Of a stretch of DNA of 64,000 nt, positions 1 through 10,092 are shown piece by piece; positions within the stretch are counted from its first letter, which is position 1, and each line of letters opens with the position of its first letter. This DNA is from Saccharolobus islandicus REY15A (lineage in GTDB: Archaea > Thermoproteota > Thermoprotei_A > Sulfolobales > Sulfolobaceae): the NCBI RefSeq assembly GCF_000189555.1, contig NC_017276.1; one strand, given 5' to 3'. The position numbers were made by a program, and so were the translations under genes. The notes beneath the pieces were generated by a model, which saw nothing but the letters and a program-made list of their open reading frames with translations, was not told where the DNA came from and ran no database searches.

Positions 1-279
1 TATGTATTGCGGTGAGTTAAATTCCTCTCCTTTTATTTCAATTCTCGCCTTCCATCTTTCCGTTAACACTGAAGGATATTCCCTTATAACGTCTGCTTTC
101 TTAATTGCGAGCTCCTTGGTCGGCTTTACGATCTTTACTCTAGAAAGTAATCTTATCATTTCCTTTTGATATTTTACTTCCTCATCAATTACCTTAATTG
201 TATATTCTCCCGGTGAAAGTGGGAAATCAAGAGTAATAGAAAAAAGGGGTGACGTATCTAGTGGTGGCTTTATTCGCAT
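1..279 (-). CDS. Hypothetical protein, 3' end runs off the window
   Basis: Manual translation: ATG at 279-277, open for 93 codons to the window edge (MRIKPPLDTSPLFSITLDF...). Not in the ORF track. Confidence 0.5.
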   Translation of the reverse strand, partial: MRIKPPLDTSPLFSITLDFPLSPGEYTIKVIDEEVKYQKEMIRLLSRVKIVKPTKELAIKKADVIREYPSVLTERWKARIEIKGEEFNSPQYI

Positions 280-450
280 TTAGTCTAACCTCGTCTCGAA
301 TACTTCCCTCATTTCTAGGTTAGTCTTTTTGTTCCTCAATTTCTCGTCTAGTCTTTGGAGGACTTGTGTTTCTTGCGTAAATGGTAATAGCAGTTGTAAA
401 TTATAAGCTTTAAAGCTATTTAGGGCATACTGGTAGATTCGTTGATTTTC
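280..450 (-). pseudogene. C-terminal gene fragment with no start codon
   Basis: Open frame ENQRIYQYAL...EVFETRLD* whose stop abuts the ATG at 279; blocked upstream by a stop. Confidence 0.3.
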
Positions 451-626
451 TTAGCACACCTCGTCTTCTAAATCGCAGTGAATTAGAAGAAGTAAGTAGT
501 ATCTTAGAGAAATTGAACATCATGCCAAAAGCAACTAGTAAAAAAAGCCTTTATAAAACAGTAGATCTTTGACGCTTATCTATCAGTTCATTATCAAATG
601 AATTCACTTCTACTACATTATATCTT

Positions 627-986
627 TTATAATGTCACTTCTGAGCTTTTCTTTGCTCCTTTGTTTATTAAATCTTTATCGTCACTGACCAGTGTGACGT
701 TGTATTTCCTACTTAAGAATAAATATGTAGCGTCGTAATATGTTAATTTTTCTTTTATCGCTATTGCGAGCACTTCTTCATTTAGGTTTACGCTCTCTAC
801 ATGAATGAACTTTAGAACGTTTAGGAAGTCTTTAATTAGATCTTCCCTCCCCATCTTCCAAAGGAAATTTCCTATTTTATAATACGCAAGGTTTGAAGTT
901 AAGCTTTCCTTAAATAAATCAATCGACTTATTTCCTAGTATAGAGATTAAATTAATGATTGCCGACGAGTCGAGTACGTATTTCAT
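627..986 (-). CDS. vapC: PIN-domain toxin (VapC family)
   Basis: N-terminal YVLDSSA, later YYDATYL and LVSDDKDL, typical PIN acidic motifs; 4-bp overlap with the upstream antitoxin. Confidence 0.9.
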   Translation of the reverse strand: MKYVLDSSAIINLISILGNKSIDLFKESLTSNLAYYKIGNFLWKMGREDLIKDFLNVLKFIHVESVNLNEEVLAIAIKEKLTYYDATYLFLSRKYNVTLVSDDKDLINKGAKKSSEVTL

Positions 987-1222
987 CTCTTCCTATCCTC
1001 TTCGATTAGCCTTGCTACTTCCTCTTCCGAGAATTTTAATTCCTTAGCTATTTTTTCAGCTGATTTTCTTGCCTCTTCTTCTTCCCTTTTTCTAACTTCT
1101 TCCTCTAACGCTTTTCTCAGTACCTCGGAGACGTTAATATTGTATTCCTTTGCTTTTTCTAAGAGTTCTCTCCTAACTTTGGTGGATATTGTAACCCATT
1201 CCATAACTTTACTACTATTCAT
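983..1222 (-). CDS. vapB: Antitoxin, RHH/CcdA-like (VapB)
   Basis: VTISTKV strand followed by AKEYNINVSEVLRKAL helices and an acidic tail; translationally coupled to the PIN gene. Confidence 0.85.
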   Translation of the reverse strand: MNSSKVMEWVTISTKVRRELLEKAKEYNINVSEVLRKALEEEVRKREEEEARKSAEKIAKELKFSEEEVARLIEEDRKR

Positions 1223-1438
1223 GTAGTAATAAATTTTACTACTTATACCTTCTTTTGATGAGGTAATACTTATTGAATTCCTTGTCGAAAATTATTGAAT
1301 GTTCTTTAGAGAGGAAATCCTACGCTACATGGGAGTTGCTTACTGTAAGATAAAGGCTTTTCCGCAATAGGCGGAAAGAAATTCGTTGACCTTCTACCGT
1401 AACTTTGTAGTAAAAACGTTAGCTTTTGCCAATTCGTA

Positions 1439-1594
1439 ATGTACCCTCATCAAGAAGAAGGAGTTGAAAAGCTAATGCAGGGGAAGAATTTGATAATCAA
1501 CTCTGAAACAGGTAGCGGAAAGACGGAAATTTGGGTTTCCTATGCTTTGCAAATGATGCTCAAGGACGAGAATTTTAGTACTTTAGCAATTTAG
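1439..1594 (+). pseudogene. DEAD/DEAH-box helicase N-terminal remnant
   Basis: Manual translation MYPHQEEGVEKLMQGKNLIINSETGSGKTEIW...LAI*: Q-motif plus Walker A, then a stop and no motif II. Confidence 0.75.
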
Positions 1595-1970
1595 TATTGC
1601 TTGAATCACTGTGAGGAGAAGCACCTATTATGCTCGTTCCTATTAACGCGCTCCTATAGGATGAAAGGGAGTAGTCATTCCAAATTACGTATTCTCCTTG
1701 TTGTAGTTGCTCCATGATTTAAAATAATGAAGGAAAATATTTACTCTCTTTATTTTCATTCATTGTAAAAGGTCTTTTTTCTATACCACACAATTTGTTT
1801 TCTTAAGATAAGGAGGGTCTTTATGCTATTACTAAGAAAATGTAACAGTTAATGATTTTCAGTCATTACGAAACACGCTAATTATATATAATGGAGACTA
1901 ATAGAAAAAAATTTATTAGTTAGAATTAATAAAAAAATTTATAATAATTATAAAATATTTCTTTTCTACT

Positions 1971-3452
1971 CTACATGTCCCTCTTTTTTACTATAACGTA
2001 GCTTATTATTGATGGTATAATTATCCAAAGTATTGTAGATATTATTTCCAATTCCACGTTCACTTTTACATTATCGCCAGTTACCCAACCTTGAATATAA
2101 TATTGTAATGACCCTGGAACTAGATAATTTGTTATTTCATTATAAGTATTGGTTATTATTCCTATAACAGGTATTACAATTTGTGTGATTATGTAAGTGA
2201 AAAACCCTAGGCCTAAAACTATTGCGCCAGATTTTATGATGGTAGAGTACATGTAAGTTATTGCTAGATAAGATAAGAGTGAAGATAAAGGAATTAGTGA
2301 AATGAGTAGAATTACGTGTATAGGTAAGTATAATCCTATTTTAATGGAGAATATCATTGCGGTAGTTGTAATTAATAGAAAAGATGAGATTGTAGCAATT
2401 AATACATTCGCAAAGAATCTAGAGATAAAGATTTTGCACTTTGTTATTGGTCTGGCTAAGATAAATTCTAGCTCCCCAGTACTTCTTAACCTAGCAAAAC
2501 TTGTGTAAGCTAAATAAATTATTACAAATGGTAAAAATAGCATAAAGATACTGAGGAAGGTTATAAAATTAGGCATAATTTTGGAATAAATTATCGTATA
2601 ATTTGAGTATTGAATGGTGAAATTAAACTCTCTTGGCAAAGCGTTAGGACTGGGAAGTATTGTAAGGTTGACGTTAGAATGTATAGGACTGGGAAGTATT
2701 GTAGGGCTAAGGTTATAATATATGTGAACGGGAACTATTATACAGTTAGTCATTGGAGGTATATTTACTGTTATATAAATTGGGGTCAACGCTCTTAGTG
2801 AGAGGTTTAGGCTTTTTAGAGGGGTTACTATTCTATAGTTTAATATATAGCTAGAATGAACAAATTCCAATGTTATGTTAGAATTATCGTGCGGAAATAT
2901 TACTAGATTATTGTTACTCATTATTACCATTTCAACATTATATAAATAGCTAGGATCAAAATCGTTACGGAAAAGCGATATATCATAAAATACTAATGTC
3001 TGGTTAACTATTGGTCCACCCTCTTCTTGATTATATCGAAATATTATTCCAATTGGAGATATTATAGAGGAAATATTAATGCTCCTCTCTAAACCGTTAT
3101 ATTTTACCAAGAGATAAAGATCATGTGCATATTTAACTGTAATGTTAAAAAATCCGTTAGTTAAAGTCTCTGTTGAAGCTATAACCTTGCCTGAAGACAA
3201 GATATAAATGGTGGCTGAAGGAATAGGTTTACCTTGATTGTTAAATACAATACCGCAAATACTTACTTTATAATTAGGAGAAACATAAACGTAGCCCATA
3301 ACGTTAAGGTTCTCATAATCTGAAGGAACCAATTGAGATACTTGAATTGTTTGATAAGCCATTCCAACCCCGCTTAGTATAAAGATAATTAAAATTAAAA
3401 TTGAAAAAACTCTAAGTGAGGTCTTTTTAAAATCGTAAAAGGAAGGTCTCAT
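1971..3452 (-). CDS. ABC-2 type exporter permease with a large extracellular domain
   Basis: N-terminal TM helix, carboxypeptidase-regulatory-like segment (GIVFNNQGKPIPSATI...TNGFF), GELEFILARPITK motif and several C-terminal TM helices. Confidence 0.8.
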   Translation of the reverse strand: MRPSFYDFKKTSLRVFSILILIIFILSGVGMAYQTIQVSQLVPSDYENLNVMGYVYVSPNYKVSICGIVFNNQGKPIPSATIYILSSGKVIASTETLTNGFFNITVKYAHDLYLLVKYNGLERSINISSIISPIGIIFRYNQEEGGPIVNQTLVFYDISLFRNDFDPSYLYNVEMVIMSNNNLVIFPHDNSNITLEFVHSSYILNYRIVTPLKSLNLSLRALTPIYITVNIPPMTNCIIVPVHIYYNLSPTILPSPIHSNVNLTILPSPNALPREFNFTIQYSNYTIIYSKIMPNFITFLSIFMLFLPFVIIYLAYTSFARLRSTGELEFILARPITKCKIFISRFFANVLIATISSFLLITTTAMIFSIKIGLYLPIHVILLISLIPLSSLLSYLAITYMYSTIIKSGAIVLGLGFFTYIITQIVIPVIGIITNTYNEITNYLVPGSLQYYIQGWVTGDNVKVNVELEIISTILWIIIPSIISYVIVKKRDM

Positions 3453-4352
3453 CTACAACTCACCGTTTATTATTTTAAAGAATACGTCCTCCAAACTGTT
3501 CTTCAACCTACTTACCTCCAGTACCTCGTAAGGGGATAACTTTGAGGATAATTCGCTTAGCTCTCCGTTAAAATCGTGTATAATCAACGTGTTGCCGTCA
3601 AGCTCTGGCTTTCCGAAAGATTTAGCAATACTTAGTACATTGTCGTCAGCTTTGCCTAAAATTATCTTCAAATCGTTTGATTTAACAATCTTCCTTATTT
3701 CATTCATTTCCATTGTCCTCAAGATTTTCCCTTGGTGAATGAAGATCACCTTATCAGCTATTGACTCAACTTCACTTAAAATGTGCGAAGAAAAGAGCAC
3801 AGACTTTCCTTCCTTCTTAAGCTTTAGCGCCATATCCCTAAAGAACTGTATTCCTTCAGGGTCAAGACCGTTGAGTACTTCGTCAAAGAGAAAATTCTTT
3901 GTGTTAGAAATTAATGAAACTGCTAATAAAAACCTCCTCTTCATCCCTTGAGAATAATTACGCAGTTTATCCTTTTCCCTCCCTGCAAGGCCTACTTCCT
4001 CAAATAGCCTCTTTCCTAGGCTTAATGCATCACTTTTTGATATTCCATAATAACCTGCAATAAAAACGAAGTAATCTAAAGCTTTGGCGTTAGGGTCAAA
4101 AAGAGGCAATTCTGGAACCCAACCGACTTGTCTTGAAGCTTTTTCTTTCTCCTTTACTATGCTTATGCCGTCAATAAGTACGTCTCCTGAGTTTGGTGTC
4201 AGTACGCCGGCTAAGATTCTGATAGTTGTGGTCTTACCTGCTCCATTAAGCCCTACAAAGCCCGCAATTTCTCCATCTTTAACGTCGAAAGATACGTTAT
4301 CTAAAACTTTTCTCCTGCCGAATCTCTTGCTTATTCCCTCCACGACAATCAT
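3453..4352 (-). CDS. ABC transporter ATP-binding protein
   Basis: Walker A GLNGAGKTT, signature YSQGM, Walker B FLFDE, H-loop SSH. Confidence 0.95.
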   Translation of the reverse strand: MIVVEGISKRFGRRKVLDNVSFDVKDGEIAGFVGLNGAGKTTTIRILAGVLTPNSGDVLIDGISIVKEKEKASRQVGWVPELPLFDPNAKALDYFVFIAGYYGISKSDALSLGKRLFEEVGLAGREKDKLRNYSQGMKRRFLLAVSLISNTKNFLFDEVLNGLDPEGIQFFRDMALKLKKEGKSVLFSSHILSEVESIADKVIFIHQGKILRTMEMNEIRKIVKSNDLKIILGKADDNVLSIAKSFGKPELDGNTLIIHDFNGELSELSSKLSPYEVLEVSRLKNSLEDVFFKIINGEL

Positions 4353-4388
4353 AAGAGCCGTTAGGAAAATGAATTAAAATACTTTTTC

Positions 4389-4394
4389 GAAAGT
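4389..4394 (-). promoter_or_regulatory. Possible ANTTTC DNA-damage-responsive element upstream of the ABC operon
   Basis: Minus strand reads ACTTTC-GAAAAAG (BRE-like)-TATTTTAA, about 22 nt before the ATG. Short motif, may be chance. Confidence 0.25.
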
Positions 4395-4514
4395 TTAAAG
4401 GGATCTAAAAAGCTTAAGGACAAGGAAAAGCTAGTCAAATCTTAGATTAGAGTCTTTGAAGAGTGGTTGTAGTGATTAAAAATGGTTATATAGATTATCT
4501 AAATAATCTCACAG

Positions 4515-6074
4515 TTATATATTCTCTAACTTAGTCAAAATGTTTTTGTAGATATTATTTTCTTCTATGTTTAAGTTAGACAGGATCTTAATTAGCTGAG
4601 TTAATTCTAGACTCTTAGATGCTGGAAGGGTTTTTATTAAATCCGGATTCTTTTTGACTCTAGTTAATAAGCCTAACACATTATTACTACGCTCGGTGAA
4701 CTTAATTTTCTTCTTACCACTTATCATATAAAGCGTTCTGAAGAATAGCTTACTTCTTCCGTAAAACTTACCTATTATGTAATATTTAGCTATTTTATCA
4801 CTAATATTACAATTTATCGAATTACATAAAACGTTCACTACTTCTTTAAACACTTCTTTTGTTATATCGCCATTAACACCAATTATTCTTTCATATTTAG
4901 AGAACTCCTTCATTACTACTTCAAGAGCTTCAGTGATAGCCTCAATGTCCCTTAAATTTCCAATTCTCTTCTCTTTCAGAATACTGTGAAGCTCATTAAG
5001 CGTGATAGTCCCAGTTTTACCCTCATCTAAAGATATTCTAAACCCTTTCCCCTCATAACGTATCGCTAGCACTTTGTATTTTGACTTTAGCAGAGCTCTT
5101 ATATCTTCTTCTCTTATAATTTTCAATAGGAATGTTTTCTTATTGCTTGTTATATCTTCAAAGCTTAACCTCTCCATACTTTTCTCTATAAATGAATTAC
5201 ACGCATTATCTAAGCAATTGAAGAAATGTTCAGCGTAAAGGTAAGGGGTTAATAATCCGTTTACTAAATTGCTCAAAGTTCTCTTTAAGAAGCTTAAATA
5301 GAAGTTGTATATTTCAGTTTGTAAATCGTAGTCTAATGAAGCTACGTAAACCCCTTCTTTTGCGTTAAGTACTGCCATCGCCGATTTTACGAAATATTCA
5401 CTAGGCAAAATTGCCCACTTCCAACTTATTCTTGGTTGTACTTTATAGAACATACTTTTAATTCCTTTCTTATTTATAACAGTAAACATAGAATTATAGG
5501 AAATATAATCTAAAAGTGCTAAAGATAGTATAGGCCTAATACTTTTATCGGTTTCTCTAATTTTATAAATTAACTTATTTATTACGTAAAGTTGTAATGG
5601 AGAGAAAAATTTGTAGACGGTGTTAAAACCGTAAACACTTACTCTAAAATTTACAGTTTCCCTAGGTATATCCTCTTCTAGAATTAGCTCGAAACTTTCG
5701 TCTGTAGGGATAACTGAGGAATTAAGTAGTTCTTTTTTGCTTATCTCAAAGTTCAAGTATTGTTCTAGTAATGAATTCCACTCCTTGAAGTTAATTTTCT
5801 TTATTACTGTATTACAGTGGAGGCATCTAATTACCTTATTTTCGTTTACCTCAAAAACTGTATCGCAATTAGGGCATCTAATCTTCCATTTTCCCATTTT
5901 AATCTCATCTAACACCCTTACTTCTTTTGAAATATTTCTCACACACGCTATGACGTCTTTAGGATTATAATTAGAATTAAGTATTTCATGAATTATCTTA
6001 GGTGGAATTGAGGGTCCTCGCCAGTAAGGTAGTATAGCGTTTATTAATCTCACTTCTTTTGCTCTAGTTTGCAT
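4515..6074 (-). CDS. Catalytically inactive paralogue of the DUF1156 methyltransferase
   Basis: Collinear blocks shared with 13762..16563 (WKIRCPNC/WEVKCPHC, EWNSLLEQYLNFEIS/DWNEKYEKYLNGEIS, YKFFSPLQL/YKLFSARQL, FYLSFLKR/FYYVWLKR, FSKYERIIG/FTQYEKILG); no DPFAG or DPPY motif. Confidence 0.8.
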   Translation of the reverse strand: MQTRAKEVRLINAILPYWRGPSIPPKIIHEILNSNYNPKDVIACVRNISKEVRVLDEIKMGKWKIRCPNCDTVFEVNENKVIRCLHCNTVIKKINFKEWNSLLEQYLNFEISKKELLNSSVIPTDESFELILEEDIPRETVNFRVSVYGFNTVYKFFSPLQLYVINKLIYKIRETDKSIRPILSLALLDYISYNSMFTVINKKGIKSMFYKVQPRISWKWAILPSEYFVKSAMAVLNAKEGVYVASLDYDLQTEIYNFYLSFLKRTLSNLVNGLLTPYLYAEHFFNCLDNACNSFIEKSMERLSFEDITSNKKTFLLKIIREEDIRALLKSKYKVLAIRYEGKGFRISLDEGKTGTITLNELHSILKEKRIGNLRDIEAITEALEVVMKEFSKYERIIGVNGDITKEVFKEVVNVLCNSINCNISDKIAKYYIIGKFYGRSKLFFRTLYMISGKKKIKFTERSNNVLGLLTRVKKNPDLIKTLPASKSLELTQLIKILSNLNIEENNIYKNILTKLENI

Positions 6075-6134
6075 AGAATAAAAGAGAAGTATTAGACACT
6101 CTCGGTATGACGATACTATTTTAAGTGTTAAATA

Positions 6135-7406
6135 TTACTGGAGATTCTGTATACAATTATAACCTAATTTGTTTATATATGCGCACATGGTTAGAGGTGT
6201 TTCTGTATGTATTGGGATTACCTTCTTAGGTTTAATGTAATCTAATATAGTCCTTAACTCATAGGGATAATAATGACCTGAAATCCTCAGTCTATAGGTT
6301 ATAAAGCCTAGAGCCTTATACCAATTATCCTCCACATTTTCGTCCTCACCGCTTTCAGCCTTACTCTCTGTAGATAATGAGATGACTACAGAGCCCTTAG
6401 TTATTTCGCTTAATCTCCTTCCAAAGTCTATTAGATTCCCCTTAACTGTAAATATAACGTAATCCTGCGGGGATCTAATTATCTCTTCTTCATCTACTGT
6501 CTCAAATTCCATGTTTTTATCATCAAATTGATAAGCTTTATCTATCAAATTGAACTTTGTTATCCAGAAGCTAGCCATTTTTATTAATCTGCGTCCGGAA
6601 AACACCGGAATTCTGCCCTTCTCTTTAGTAACTAGAAGAAGGTACGCGAGCTCTTCTAAGTCTATGGGATCTATAGAGACCGTGATGAGTGAGTTACTGT
6701 GAATTTCGAAGATATTATTAACTTGCTCATTAAAATAATGGGGCTGAAAAGGGGAGACGGCAGACGAGAAGTTTGTTCCCTCTATTATTAAAACGTCAGT
6801 ATCTAATCCCCTCTCCTCATATTCCTCCAGAAGAGTTTTTTCATGAATTCTATTGTGTAGCTCTTGATCTGCTACTTTTAGAGGAGATGAAAGTCTTAAG
6901 TCGCCAGTATATAATATTTTAACGTCCCCGTTGTTATAATAAAATGAATAAGCCGGGTAAGCGCTATGTTCAACTTGCAATGGTAACACACCATCTTGGT
7001 TATCTCTTATATCAATTACGTTAACACCTAGAGGCGGAGATATATATGTAGTCCAGTTATCAGATTCTTTGTATGGTTCTATGAATTGATTAAACGTATC
7101 TTTATCTGGTACATATAACATCGTACCTACATTTAATAAATGGAGAACCCCGAGGTGGTCTAGGTGTAAGTGGGATATATAAATCTTGTTATATTCATCA
7201 GATGGTGGTATGATCCCTAGCCTCCTTAATTCTTTGGCACTTGATGGTTGAATGTTAGCGTTATAATATTTTTTAAATCTTGAAAATCTTATCCCTTGGT
7301 CAAAGACCAATGTATTGTCCTTATTCTCTATAATGATAAAATTACCCCCAATTTCATTAAATCCTTGTTTAATTCTGATTAGAGTATTCCCGTATTTATA
7401 TTCCAT
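6135..7406 (-). CDS. Metallo-beta-lactamase fold nuclease, beta-CASP / RNase J-like
   Basis: VFDQG, HLHLDH (HxHxDH), EHSA, TGDLR, IEGT, SGH and PIH motifs all present. Confidence 0.85.
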   Translation of the reverse strand: MEYKYGNTLIRIKQGFNEIGGNFIIIENKDNTLVFDQGIRFSRFKKYYNANIQPSSAKELRRLGIIPPSDEYNKIYISHLHLDHLGVLHLLNVGTMLYVPDKDTFNQFIEPYKESDNWTTYISPPLGVNVIDIRDNQDGVLPLQVEHSAYPAYSFYYNNGDVKILYTGDLRLSSPLKVADQELHNRIHEKTLLEEYEERGLDTDVLIIEGTNFSSAVSPFQPHYFNEQVNNIFEIHSNSLITVSIDPIDLEELAYLLLVTKEKGRIPVFSGRRLIKMASFWITKFNLIDKAYQFDDKNMEFETVDEEEIIRSPQDYVIFTVKGNLIDFGRRLSEITKGSVVISLSTESKAESGEDENVEDNWYKALGFITYRLRISGHYYPYELRTILDYIKPKKVIPIHTETPLTMCAYINKLGYNCIQNLQ

Positions 7407-10092
7407 GTTTAATACCCACTAGTGCTCCATTTACGTAAGTGTAAATCCATTCGCCACCTTGTGCTTTCAGTAAATCTAGCGGGCTTACAATTTTTATGTA
7501 TCTAACCTCACCTTTTCCCTCAGCTCTTACTTTATCTCCTAAACTTATCTTCCATCCTTGCTCGCTAAGGGCTTTTATCACAATATCTTTAACGTCTTCA
7601 TTATGTCCTTTAATCCCTATTATCGCCCCTACTATTATTGGGTTAACCCTAAAGTCCTCCATACTATTTGGTACCCAATTATCCTTTCCTCTACCTTGTC
7701 TGTAAGATATAAACTGCTGTTCAACATGGTAAAGTTTTTGTTTTACGTAGTTTATCACATTACACATCCATAATTTATCTTTTACTAATACCTCCTCTGG
7801 GTAAATTGCATTACAGTGTAACAATTGAGGGAGGATAGTCTTAATGAAATCACTTTGACGGATTATATCACCTTTAGAGTTTATTATTATAGGGAGGTGT
7901 AGTAAGTTCTTATTAGACTTAGTCTCTATATTTATATCTACAAGATAAATGTTGTAGTCTAAACTATCACAAACTATGTAATTCTTACGTAATTTAACTA
8001 ATTTAGAAACTAAAGAGTAAAGTAATTGTGTGTCCTTGCCTATCCTATTATCGTCGTATGTTTCGAATAAAGAAAATTTCAGTATGACTATTTTTCCGTT
8101 AGAAAAAGTTCCACCTTGATATTTGACATATTGTTCTAAGTATGATTTAATTGCATCATTAAGCTCTTTCCTATTTTCAAATCCTAAGATCTGTCTAATA
8201 GATTCAATCTCGTTTATGATCGAACCTTGCATCTTCTCGAATAACGCGAATTTTTTCATAGAGTCTTTTAGTATTTTTATCCTCTTTAACATAGCGTCTA
8301 TTAAATTATCTAAATTTCCTTGTAACGCAGCTTCCCATACTTTAATTGGGGTAACCTTTTCTTTTTCATTATTAGGCTCATTATATAGTGTGTATATTGG
8401 TATAGTCTCCTTGTCCTCACTAAGATCAAATATCTTGCTCACACTAACTCCTTGGTATATTAAAGCGTCAACTACTTTCTCACTAGACCCGGTACCCTTA
8501 GTTATTGATAAAAGCTTATTATAATAATTTTCGAGTAAGGCTTGTTCTAGAGGGATCTTCAATGAAATGTAATATATGTATACGGGCTTGGTTTGTTTAA
8601 GTCTCCACACTCTTCCGTTTCTCTGTTCAAATCTAACGATGCTTAACGGAATTTCATAATGTATTATAACGTTAGCGCTCTGTAAATTTAACCCCTCCGA
8701 CGCAACGTCTGTTGCAACTAAAACTTTACTTTCTTTACTTTCCAACCATTTCTTAATCTGGTCTATCCCCTCTTGATTTACCGTTTCACTAGTTACTTTC
8801 TTAATTTCCTTGTCTGATAAATTAAGCTCACGTTTGAGCTTATCTAAAATATAGTTCGCAGTATCCTTATATTCCGTAAATACTATTACCTTATCTCCCC
8901 TATTCAAATGAGCTTTCACTAAATTTGTAAGTGCCTTTATTCTGCTATCGTTATTAATAACCCTTTTAGCGAATTCTATTAACTGAGGTATGTAATCTTT
9001 AAACCTTTCAAGATATGGAGCATTTATTTCAGCCAATTCTTTTGCTATGTCATCGGGTTCTATACTTTCCTCTGTCTCCTCCTCCTCAGCATATTCCTCA
9101 GCTTCATCTATAACCTCATTTTCGTTTACTACCGTACTCCTATTCTCTATTATGTGTTTAAAAGTTAATAAACCAGCAGAGGGGCTGGACAATGAACGTC
9201 TACCTATCATAAACGCTAAGAGCTGAAGAGCTTTAGGCTTCTCGCCTACACTATTATAATAATCTTTAAGTATACTTAGAGAAAGTTCCCTTATGATAGT
9301 GTAATATTTTTCCTCATCTTCCGTAGGTTCTACTACATACTGAATGAAGTATGCTTTGGGGAATATCTCTTCTTTTTCGTAAACCTTATTAACGTTATCT
9401 TTGTTCCTCTTTAATACTATAGCCCTAACAGTATTCCTTAATATCGTATCGCTATTGTCCCTTAAATAGGGGTCTATAAGGACCAATCTCTTTATATAAT
9501 CATTGTCATTACCCCTATGGGGTGTGGCTGATAGGCCGATAAAGTGAGAGTTTGGGTTTCTAGTTACTAATGAGGCTATAATTGTGTACCTCTGGTTTTC
9601 CTTATTACCTATTACTCCTACTTTATGTATTTCGTCAACTACAATCAAGTCCCAGTTAATAGATAAGAACTTAGACTTATGCTCATTCCTCTTAATAGTA
9701 TCCACACTGACTACATAAATCCCGTTCTCATCCAGCATATCCTTGTAATTTCTGTAGTCAATTATTGGTAATTGCCACTCTTTAGCAAATTTCCTCAATT
9801 CAGATATCCACTGGCTAATCAAGACTTTAGGCACTATTAAAAGAACCTTTTTAACCCCCCTATTCTTAATTAATTGATCCATTATCATTATACCCTCTAT
9901 AGTCTTTCCTAACCCTACATCATCAGCTATAAGAAACCTTACTGGATCCCTTGAGAGAAGTCTATAAAATATTTCAGCCTGGTGGATGTAAGGTTCGTAA
10001 TCCCCTCCAGTTAAAATAGGATATCTAAATATGGGATGAGATTCCTTTAGTCTATCTAGGTAGTAGCTGATAAACTCACTCATAGAGGTCAC
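7396..10092 (-). CDS. SNF2-family helicase with a degenerate C-terminal DUF3883-like domain
   Basis: ADDVGLGKT, VVDEIH, SATP, VATDVASEGLNLQ, EQRNGRVWR; C-terminus EQGWKI...GDKVRAEGKGEVRYIKIV. Confidence 0.9.
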   Translation of the reverse strand: MTSMSEFISYYLDRLKESHPIFRYPILTGGDYEPYIHQAEIFYRLLSRDPVRFLIADDVGLGKTIEGIMIMDQLIKNRGVKKVLLIVPKVLISQWISELRKFAKEWQLPIIDYRNYKDMLDENGIYVVSVDTIKRNEHKSKFLSINWDLIVVDEIHKVGVIGNKENQRYTIIASLVTRNPNSHFIGLSATPHRGNDNDYIKRLVLIDPYLRDNSDTILRNTVRAIVLKRNKDNVNKVYEKEEIFPKAYFIQYVVEPTEDEEKYYTIIRELSLSILKDYYNSVGEKPKALQLLAFMIGRRSLSSPSAGLLTFKHIIENRSTVVNENEVIDEAEEYAEEEETEESIEPDDIAKELAEINAPYLERFKDYIPQLIEFAKRVINNDSRIKALTNLVKAHLNRGDKVIVFTEYKDTANYILDKLKRELNLSDKEIKKVTSETVNQEGIDQIKKWLESKESKVLVATDVASEGLNLQSANVIIHYEIPLSIVRFEQRNGRVWRLKQTKPVYIYYISLKIPLEQALLENYYNKLLSITKGTGSSEKVVDALIYQGVSVSKIFDLSEDKETIPIYTLYNEPNNEKEKVTPIKVWEAALQGNLDNLIDAMLKRIKILKDSMKKFALFEKMQGSIINEIESIRQILGFENRKELNDAIKSYLEQYVKYQGGTFSNGKIVILKFSLFETYDDNRIGKDTQLLYSLVSKLVKLRKNYIVCDSLDYNIYLVDINIETKSNKNLLHLPIIINSKGDIIRQSDFIKTILPQLLHCNAIYPEEVLVKDKLWMCNVINYVKQKLYHVEQQFISYRQGRGKDNWVPNSMEDFRVNPIIVGAIIGIKGHNEDVKDIVIKALSEQGWKISLGDKVRAEGKGEVRYIKIVSPLDLLKAQGGEWIYTYVNGALVGIKHGI

